Both the position numbers and the translations under genes were made by a program. From an uncultured Ignavibacterium sp. (GTDB lineage Bacteria; Bacteroidota; Ignavibacteria; Tepidaquicellales; Tepidaquicellaceae): DNA of 64,000 nucleotides. Location of the stretch: contig CAZAEK010000008.1 in NCBI GenBank assembly GCA_964484125.1, forward strand, positions 24,868 to 88,867, written 5' to 3'. The notes below the pieces were generated by a model. It saw only the letters and a program-made list of their open reading frames with translations, searched no databases and was not told the DNA's origin. Positions 57,082-64,000 of this stretch are shown here, one piece after another. Numbering within the stretch: position 1 is the stretch's first letter; every line of letters begins with the position of its first letter.

Positions 57082-58058
57082 AATTTGAAATAATGATTTA
57101 AAAATAATTTTAAAAAATGTATATGCTTTTTTAGTCTGAATCTGTCATGCATCTTTAATGGTGATTTTAAAATTTCTATTGATATTATTAAAAATGAATT
57201 CAGCAAAGTGATAAATTTTAATATTATTGCCGATAATATATTATAATTGCAGTCAAAAAAAATATTCATACTCAGAATATAATTGCCAAATATTTCAGGA
57301 TTTTTGTTAATATTAAAACTAGCCCCTCCATAATGCATTACTCTGTTTTCACAATCTACAAGAATATTATATTTTTTCCCTATGCGGAATGAAATATCAA
57401 CATCCTCGAAAAACAAAAAATATTTTTCGTTTAAACCGCCGTATTCATTATATATTTCTCTTGTTGTGAAGAAAAAAGCACATGGAATCTGACTTACCGT
57501 GACCAAATCCTCCCTGCCTTCCAGTAAATCTTCGTTGTAAAGGAATTTTTTTCGCAGCTTAATATTATTTTTAAAATACTTCGTAAAAAATGAATGAAAA
57601 TAAATAAATTGCCTGACCGTTGGATATTTTTGGTAATAAGAAAATTGTAACTTTTCATCAACTCCCTCCAATAGTGGTGAAACTGCTCCATTATCTTTAA
57701 CTGCAAGAATATTTTTAAATTTTTCTATTATTGGTTCTTTCAGAACAATATCCGGATTAAGTATTAAAATATATTTCCCATCTGATAACTTTGCAGCGGA
57801 GTTATTTCCTTTAGCAAAACCTGTATTATTTTCATTCAAAATATATTTTATATTTGGATACTTGCCCGCAATAAGCTTTATAATTTCAGGTGAGCCATCC
57901 TGTGATGCCTGGTCAACAATAATTATTTCAAAGTTATCATTATTTTCAAACTTGTATATTGACTCAATGCATTTTATTAATAATTTCCCTGTGTTGAAAT
58001 TAACTATTAAAATCGAAGATTTATTTTCATTTGCAGATTGCACAGTTTCATCTTTCAT
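57078..58058 (-). CDS. Glycosyltransferase family 2
   Basis: Motifs ILIVNFNT, VDQASQDGS, ILNPDI and FFEDVD. Confidence 0.7.
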   Translation of the reverse strand: MKDETVQSANENKSSILIVNFNTGKLLIKCIESIYKFENNDNFEIIIVDQASQDGSPEIIKLIAGKYPNIKYILNENNTGFAKGNNSAAKLSDGKYILILNPDIVLKEPIIEKFKNILAVKDNGAVSPLLEGVDEKLQFSYYQKYPTVRQFIYFHSFFTKYFKNNIKLRKKFLYNEDLLEGREDLVTVSQIPCAFFFTTREIYNEYGGLNEKYFLFFEDVDISFRIGKKYNILVDCENRVMHYGGASFNINKNPEIFGNYILSMNIFFDCNYNILSAIILKFITLLNSFLIISIEILKSPLKMHDRFRLKKHIHFLKLFLNHYFKF

Positions 58059-60432
58059 TTTTTATAGAAGCATCAATTGTATTTCTAATAAACTTTCTGA
58101 TTGAAAAAACACACTTAAGTTTCCTCTTTATTCTATAACTTATTGGCAGACTAAGTTTTGCACTTTTATACTTATTTTTCAAAATTGATTCATATTCTGT
58201 GTTGTAATAGTCACCTGTTGCATGAAAAACTTTCAATCCTTCAAGAATCCCAACCTTAAAACCCCTACCAATTGTCCTGACTCCGTAATCTCCGTCTTCA
58301 GCAAAGAATACTCTATCGTTTAGTATAAGAAACTTTCCAACCTCATTATATACTTTGCGCGATATCAAAAAACACCACCCGCCTGTAGGTCCGATCATTA
58401 AATTGTAAGTACCTCCACAATATTTTTCTATCCGATAAAATTCCGGACCTGGTTTTGCTCCGTTTGTAAATTCATTTTGAATTACATCTGTTGCAAGATA
58501 GCCCATAAATGGGATACAATTATATGCATTAATCATCTCAATCGCCCAGTTCTCAGGAAAGTCCAGTACATCATCGTCAATACCGAATATGTAATCGCCT
58601 TTACATTCCTCTGCTGCTTTCCCTTTCCCGTTGACACCGGAATTTGTATTATCAAATACTACCCTTATTCTGTTATCAGTTTTGCATAGCTTTTCCAGGA
58701 ATTCTTTTGTTCCGTCAGTCGAAGCATTATCCCAGATTATAACCTCATAATTCATGTTTTTAATACTTCTAAGGAGTGCTTCAGAACATTTTTCAAGCAT
58801 TTTCAACCGATTATGAGTAACAATGAAAAAACTAACGAGTTCGTTTTTATACTTATTATTCAGCGGAGTTTTATATTTAGATAATACTTTTTGCGGGATG
58901 AATTTTGAAACAGTGCGAAATATTAAAAATTTATCGTCTTTATTTAAATATTTAAGAAGAAATACAGATAAGATAAAAACAATATTGTAAACCAATGCAG
59001 TAATCAATAGTAAATATAACGAGTTAATTCTGTTGATTGGCTCAATAAAATTTATCAATATGTTGTTATATAAAAAATAAGATATTAATGAAGAGAAAAA
59101 AACTGCTATAACGGGCTTGAAATATGTTTCCGAACTTAATGATTTCAAAGAAATTCTGAAATGTCTGCCTGATACAAAGAAAACATACAGAGAGGATGTA
59201 ATTGTAGCAAAAGCCCCCCCATAAGCGGCTCCAAGAACTCCAAACTTTAATATTAAAATTAAACTGATAATCAGATTTACACCAAGATGAATAAGACCTT
59301 CAAACATCTGGTATTTAGGGAAACCAATATTAGGAGTAATTGAATTACCCGGAGCAGAGAACAGTAAATTAACAGCTTGACCTATCATCAATATTCTGGT
59401 TATTTGAACCGCTATAGTATTATTACTTCCAATCCACGCTATAAAAATTAAATCCGAAAAAATGAAAATATATATTACAATTGGCAATGAAACTAAAGTT
59501 AAATATTTGCTAATATCCTTAAAAAGTTTTTTAAGTTTTTCTTCCTGATTTTTTGAATTTAATTCGGCTGCAACCGGAGCAACCTGGTTTACTATCTGCA
59601 TTGGGATAAATCTGCCAAATCTGCTTATTTTAACTGATAAGTTATAATACGTTACGCTCGAAAGCGAAGAAAAAATTCCAAGCAGTATTTCATCGTATTT
59701 TTCTGAAGCAAATGTTGATAATCTCGACATCTGCATCTGAGTTCCGAATTTCCCGATTTCTCGGAGTGTTTTTTTCTTAAAATATTTTATTCCGATTTTT
59801 ATTTCTGGTAAATACAAAAAGGTGAAGTATAACGGTGTGAATGACAAAATGCTGACAGTAATAAACTGACTCCACATCAAACCCTGTAATCCAAATCCTG
59901 AAGACAAAAAAATCAAAGTAAAAAAAATATTTGCTGTGGTTGATATAACAGTAATTATACTTATAATGTACATTCTTTGAATGCTAATAAGAACTGAAGT
60001 GAATACTAAAAAAGTATTTGAAACAAAAAATGTCAACAGAGAAATTCTAAATGCTGTTATACTGCTGTCAAATAAATAATCCGGAATACGAATCAAACTC
60101 AATATTTGCTTGGAGAAAAAAAATCCTGTAATTATTACAAAAGCAGATAAGAAAAAATAAAAGAATATTCCAGTATTAATAACAGAATTTAGTTCAGAAA
60201 ACTTTTTTTGGTTATAATATTTGGAAATAAAAACCACAAAAGATGTTGAAATGCTGAAATCAATCAACCCGATTGTGCCTGTTAAACCTAACAAAATTGC
60301 AAAAATACCAAAATTTTCTTCACCTATTTTTCCGATTATGAATGGAGTCAATAACAGAGGGGAAATAAATGTTGCAATCTGAGAGATAAAATTATATAGT
60401 GTATTTTTTATTACTTTATCTGTAAGTGACAT
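58048..60432 (-). CDS. Fusion protein: MOP/Wzx-type polysaccharide flippase (N-terminal, about 500 aa) + GT2 glycosyltransferase (C-terminal, about 280 aa)
   Basis: The N-terminal half is polytopic (at least 12 hydrophobic helices) with a polysaccharide-biosynthesis-protein-like start. The C-terminal half carries FFIVTHNR, WDNASTDGT and GIDDDV, which are GT2 motifs. Confidence 0.65.
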   Translation of the reverse strand: MSLTDKVIKNTLYNFISQIATFISPLLLTPFIIGKIGEENFGIFAILLGLTGTIGLIDFSISTSFVVFISKYYNQKKFSELNSVINTGIFFYFFLSAFVIITGFFFSKQILSLIRIPDYLFDSSITAFRISLLTFFVSNTFLVFTSVLISIQRMYIISIITVISTTANIFFTLIFLSSGFGLQGLMWSQFITVSILSFTPLYFTFLYLPEIKIGIKYFKKKTLREIGKFGTQMQMSRLSTFASEKYDEILLGIFSSLSSVTYYNLSVKISRFGRFIPMQIVNQVAPVAAELNSKNQEEKLKKLFKDISKYLTLVSLPIVIYIFIFSDLIFIAWIGSNNTIAVQITRILMIGQAVNLLFSAPGNSITPNIGFPKYQMFEGLIHLGVNLIISLILILKFGVLGAAYGGAFATITSSLYVFFVSGRHFRISLKSLSSETYFKPVIAVFFSSLISYFLYNNILINFIEPINRINSLYLLLITALVYNIVFILSVFLLKYLNKDDKFLIFRTVSKFIPQKVLSKYKTPLNNKYKNELVSFFIVTHNRLKMLEKCSEALLRSIKNMNYEVIIWDNASTDGTKEFLEKLCKTDNRIRVVFDNTNSGVNGKGKAAEECKGDYIFGIDDDVLDFPENWAIEMINAYNCIPFMGYLATDVIQNEFTNGAKPGPEFYRIEKYCGGTYNLMIGPTGGWCFLISRKVYNEVGKFLILNDRVFFAEDGDYGVRTIGRGFKVGILEGLKVFHATGDYYNTEYESILKNKYKSAKLSLPISYRIKRKLKCVFSIRKFIRNTIDASIKNER

Positions 60433-60437
60433 TATTT

Positions 60438-61445
60438 TTAATAGGGTCTGTTATTGCTATTTTGATTATATTTTAGCGATGCATCGTAAAACATACGCTT
60501 TATTGTGTATCTTAAATTCTCAACATCTGTTTCATAACTTTTTCTCGAAAATCCTGAAGTATTTTTCATCTGAAATTTTCTCAGTCCGAGCATAACCGCA
60601 GTTTTAACATATTCCTTCTGATTCACAAACTGAGGGCACCAGCCGTATTTGTATTTTTTGGTAACAAAAGGAATAAATTTCAGATGCTCCTGTGGAATTA
60701 ATCCCGATGAAGCTTCTTCGGTTAATTCACGCAAGATTGTCCTGCTTTCAAGATAAAGGGCAATCTGAAACACTGCAAGCAGTGCTATCAGATATGAAAA
60801 CATAAAGAAAAAACCTGCGGGTGCAGTTTCCTCAAAGCTTACAGTGAGATTCCATGAAAAGTGAAGAAAAACGGCAGCAAAATAACCTGTAGGTATTAGA
60901 ATAAATTTCAGAATTGCCGGCTTAAATTTACTGAAACCAATAAAACCTCCGAAGGTTGCCTGTGCCATTGCGTGCATAACGGCGGAAAAAAATGTTCTGA
61001 TAATAACAATCAACAACCAGTTATCAGAATATGAAACAAAATACATAAAATTTTCAGTCATTCCAAAACCCAGCCCGATTGCTCCGCCATATACAACACC
61101 GTCAACTATACCATCAAATTTTCTTGTTGAAGCCATTATCATTAAAAACAATCCTTTTGTAAATTCTTCAACAATTGGTGCTGTTATAACGGCTCCGGAT
61201 AAATGTATTAATTCTTCCGCATTGCCGTCATAAGAATTTGATATTAGTGTTGAAAGAGGTATCTGAAAAATCAGACTTCCGATAATTGCCAGAACTATCG
61301 CTCCTGTAGCTCCCCAGCCAAAATTCAAAAGCATCAGCCAGAGAGGTTCTCTTTCATTTCTATCCATCCACCATATCAGAAGCAGATAGATAAACATTGG
61401 TATAATTGCGGCTAAAAAAGAAGCAAAAATTAAAACTGCTGACAT
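60438..61445 (-). CDS. PrsW-family intramembrane metalloprotease
   Basis: It is polytopic. The EExxK motif (PIVEEFTKG) and the His-containing helix (SAVMHAMAQATFGG) are typical of PrsW. Confidence 0.6.
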   Translation of the reverse strand: MSAVLIFASFLAAIIPMFIYLLLIWWMDRNEREPLWLMLLNFGWGATGAIVLAIIGSLIFQIPLSTLISNSYDGNAEELIHLSGAVITAPIVEEFTKGLFLMIMASTRKFDGIVDGVVYGGAIGLGFGMTENFMYFVSYSDNWLLIVIIRTFFSAVMHAMAQATFGGFIGFSKFKPAILKFILIPTGYFAAVFLHFSWNLTVSFEETAPAGFFFMFSYLIALLAVFQIALYLESRTILRELTEEASSGLIPQEHLKFIPFVTKKYKYGWCPQFVNQKEYVKTAVMLGLRKFQMKNTSGFSRKSYETDVENLRYTIKRMFYDASLKYNQNSNNRPY

Positions 61446-61454
61446 AAAATAATT

Positions 61455-61991
61455 TTATTGAATAGGTTCTAATTTAATCAGTGTCTGTCCTTTATCAACA
61501 GGTTTTTTCTCTTCAACGAGAATTTTTGAAACTATCGCATCATTTGTTGCTTTTAGTTCGTTTTCCATCTTCATTGCCTCAAGGACTATAATAACCTGTC
61601 CTTTTTTAACAGTATCTCCTTCTTTCACATTTATTTTTACTATTGAACCCGGCATAGGAGAAATTAAATCTTTCTTGAATCCCTTATCTGCACGGCTTTT
61701 AGAGAATTTTTCAACAAGAATATCAAGTTCATTTTTACAGTTTACTTTGAACTGTTCAGATTCAAAATCAATCAGAAAATCTGAATTTTCAAGGTCTGTA
61801 TCTGCTTCGTTATCCCTTTCTACCTTGAGAACAAAATTCTTATTTTCAATGCGAAGCACAAGAACATTATTGGAAACAAACTTATATTCATAATACATTT
61901 CTATCCCGTTAAAAGAAAACCTGCTGTCACTCAGTACTTCAAGTTCCTGAGGTTTTGGTGAATTATTGATATTTATCAGATATTTTTTCAT
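61455..61991 (-). CDS. Biotin carboxyl carrier / biotinyl-domain protein
   Basis: The C-terminal biotinyl domain carries the EAMKMENE (AMKM) motif. It overlaps the upstream biotin carboxylase by 4 nt. Confidence 0.75.
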   Translation of the reverse strand: MKKYLININNSPKPQELEVLSDSRFSFNGIEMYYEYKFVSNNVLVLRIENKNFVLKVERDNEADTDLENSDFLIDFESEQFKVNCKNELDILVEKFSKSRADKGFKKDLISPMPGSIVKINVKEGDTVKKGQVIIVLEAMKMENELKATNDAIVSKILVEEKKPVDKGQTLIKLEPIQ

Positions 61992-63499
61992 TGGAATATT
62001 GAAAATCGTTTTTTAATCCAGTTACTTGAATTTTCTTTATTATCAGCTAATTTATTTGCGGAAGTCTGCGCCTCAACTTTTTCCTTATAGATAACACCTG
62101 CAAGCATTACTGCAAGAGCAGTACTGCTGTCAATTACTTTTTGTGTTTCTGAAAGACGCGGCAGAAATACTTTTTCAACATATTGAGTGTTGTAATTCCC
62201 TTCAACATACTCAGGTGAATTTAGCAAACTCAAAAGAAAATTTATATTTGTTTTCGGTCCTACAATTTTATAACTCTTCAAAGCTCTTTTCATTTTCTCT
62301 ATAGCTGATTTTCTGTCAGGTGCATACGCTATTAACTTTGCAATCATTGAATCATAATAAATTGAAATTTCGTTTCCTTGCTCTACTCCTGTATCTTCTC
62401 TCATCCCGTTTCCAAGTACTCTGCTTATGTAATCTATTTTACCTATTGAAGGCATAAAATTATTATCGCAATCTTCAGCATTGATTCTGCATTCAATCGC
62501 ATATCCTTTAAACAGAACATCATCCTGTGTGAATGATAATTTCTCTCCTGAGGCAATTTTTATCTGTTCTTTTACAAGGTCTAAACCGGTTCGCATTTCA
62601 GTTATAGGGTGTTCAACCTGCAATCTTGTATTTACTTCGAGGAAATAGAAATTTTTATCTTTGTCAACCATAAATTCCACAGTTCCTGCATTTGTATATC
62701 CTGATGCTAGAGCGATTGTTTTAGCACATTCGCCCATTCTATGTCTCAAATCTTCATCCATAATTACTGAGGGGGTTTCCTCTATTATCTTCTGATGTCT
62801 TCTTTGCATTGAACACTCTCTTTCACCAAGATGAACTGCATTTCCGTGCTCATCAAGCAATATCTGAAATTCAATATGTCTTGGTGAATCAACATACTTT
62901 TCTATGAAAACACTATCGTCGCCAAATGAAGAGCGGGCTTCGTTTTGAGCCATACGTAGTGAACTTTCAAGCTCTGCTTCTGATTTTACTACACGCATCC
63001 CCTTCCCGCCGCCTCCTGCAGAAGCTTTTATCATAACAGGATATCCTATGCTTTGAGCGATTTTCTTTACTTCTGCAATGTCAACTACTGCTTTATCCAT
63101 ACCAGCTACAACAGGCACTTTATTAGAAATAGCAAGCTGTTTGGCGTGGGTTTTACTTCCCAGTTTTTCAATTGCTTCTGCAGGCGGTCCGATAAATTTA
63201 ATTCCGTTATCTCTGCACATACGGGCAAATATTCCCCGTTCGGAAAGAAAACCATAACCCGGATGAATTGCATCTGCTCCGGATTTTTTTGCAACTTCAA
63301 TTATTCTCTCAGCAATCAGATAACTCTGAGATGCAGGTGATTCACCTATGTGATATGCCTCATCTGCAAGTTTTGTATAAAGAGAATACCTGTCAAAATC
63401 GGAATAAACTGCAACTGTTTTTATTCCCATTTCTTTTGCTGATGTTATAATCCTGACAGCAATTTCTCCTCTGTTCGCAATTAAAATTTTTTTAATCAT
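61988..63499 (-). CDS. accC: Biotin carboxylase (acetyl/propionyl-CoA carboxylase alpha-type)
   Basis: Motifs read: KILIANRGEIAVRI, GYPVMIKASAGGGGKGMR and EVNTRLQVEHPITE. Confidence 0.9.
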   Translation of the reverse strand: MIKKILIANRGEIAVRIITSAKEMGIKTVAVYSDFDRYSLYTKLADEAYHIGESPASQSYLIAERIIEVAKKSGADAIHPGYGFLSERGIFARMCRDNGIKFIGPPAEAIEKLGSKTHAKQLAISNKVPVVAGMDKAVVDIAEVKKIAQSIGYPVMIKASAGGGGKGMRVVKSEAELESSLRMAQNEARSSFGDDSVFIEKYVDSPRHIEFQILLDEHGNAVHLGERECSMQRRHQKIIEETPSVIMDEDLRHRMGECAKTIALASGYTNAGTVEFMVDKDKNFYFLEVNTRLQVEHPITEMRTGLDLVKEQIKIASGEKLSFTQDDVLFKGYAIECRINAEDCDNNFMPSIGKIDYISRVLGNGMREDTGVEQGNEISIYYDSMIAKLIAYAPDRKSAIEKMKRALKSYKIVGPKTNINFLLSLLNSPEYVEGNYNTQYVEKVFLPRLSETQKVIDSSTALAVMLAGVIYKEKVEAQTSANKLADNKENSSNWIKKRFSIFQ

Positions 63500-63509
63500 A
63501 AAAAGTTAT

Positions 63510-64000
63510 TTATTTCTTTGAGTCAGACTTACTCTTTTTTAAATAATATCCTCCTACGCCAACTACAAGCACTGCCAATATCAGCAGATTAGCTATAAGA
63601 GTAATATTTTTACTTGAATTGTAAGTATCTGATTCATATTTCATTTCAATCTTATGCTTTCCCTTTGGTACTATGATTCCTCTCTGTAAATAATTCGTTT
63701 TATAGATTTCAGTTTCGTTACCGTCTATGTAACATTTCCAGTCTTTCGGATAATACATTTCATTAAGAACAAGAAAATTATTTCCTGAAGCATTTACTTC
63801 ATAATCAATCTGATGAATTGAAAACCTGGTAATTTTTGCATAACAGGTTGAATCTGCAGGCTGGATATTTGCAGGAATCTGTACTTCAGTAAAAGCAGTT
63901 ACATTTGGATTAAACGTACCCTGTTGAATATTTCTGAGAATGTTTATCGGTTTTTCTGTTTTTACTTCGTTTACAAAAAATGCACGCGGCATAAAAAATT
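63510..64000 (-). CDS. C-terminal part of a large membrane protein (YfhO-like?), with the 5' end beyond the window
   Basis: The frame stays open upstream of the track ATG (63992) to the window edge. It has a beta-rich domain, then a terminal TM (LIANLLILAVLVVGVGGYY) and a basic tail. Confidence 0.4.
   Translation of the reverse strand, partial: FFMPRAFFVNEVKTEKPINILRNIQQGTFNPNVTAFTEVQIPANIQPADSTCYAKITRFSIHQIDYEVNASGNNFLVLNEMYYPKDWKCYIDGNETEIYKTNYLQRGIIVPKGKHKIEMKYESDTYNSSKNITLIANLLILAVLVVGVGGYYLKKSKSDSKK

Noticed and set aside
1-64000. Looked for prophage or mobile-element boundaries, integrases, transposases, tRNA or rRNA genes, and CRISPR arrays.
   Set aside because: None were found by reading the translations and intergenic regions. 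The only long repeats are the two CTD 3' ends.

Overview
The window is AT-rich bacterial chromosome with dense coding and no rRNA, tRNA, CRISPR array, transposase or integrase that I can see. Four proteins end in a type IX secretion C-terminal domain (...YPNPFNP...YFY...K). With the low GC and many multihaem cytochromes, this suggests an FCB-group organism, possibly Ignavibacteria-like; that is inference only. The left third (1-16.7 kb) is housekeeping: rsmB (partial, missing from the ORF track), dinG, a SpoU methylase, two T9SS cargo proteins, a polyprenyl synthase, tatC, glyA, rpiB, an outer-membrane and lipoprotein pair, gmhB-like and glgA. The most interesting region is 16.9-31.4 kb. It starts with an NtrC-type sigma-54 activator, followed by two near-consensus -24/-12 promoters. 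These precede a receiver-like ORF, an 18-19-haem membrane-anchored cytochrome c, a 4-TM b-type cytochrome and a small roughly 4-haem cytochrome. Next come an outer-membrane beta-barrel, a 14-haem cytochrome, a lipoprotein cytochrome with CX4CH motifs, and a cytochrome carrying a T9SS sorting domain. A variant System I maturation set follows (ccmC, an unlisted ccmD, ccmE with CxxxY instead of HxxxY, and ccmF). I read this as a candidate complete extracellular or outer-surface electron-transfer conduit, from inner-membrane quinol module to porin-cytochrome complex to T9SS-exported cytochrome. The remainder holds etfBA plus an acyl-CoA dehydrogenase, small metabolic genes, an AddAB-like helicase-nuclease pair, sensor kinases and nadD. 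It ends with a glycosyltransferase cluster containing a flippase-GT2 fusion, a PrsW-like protease and biotin carboxylase with BCCP. All functional calls rest on motifs read from the supplied translations; no database search was possible.
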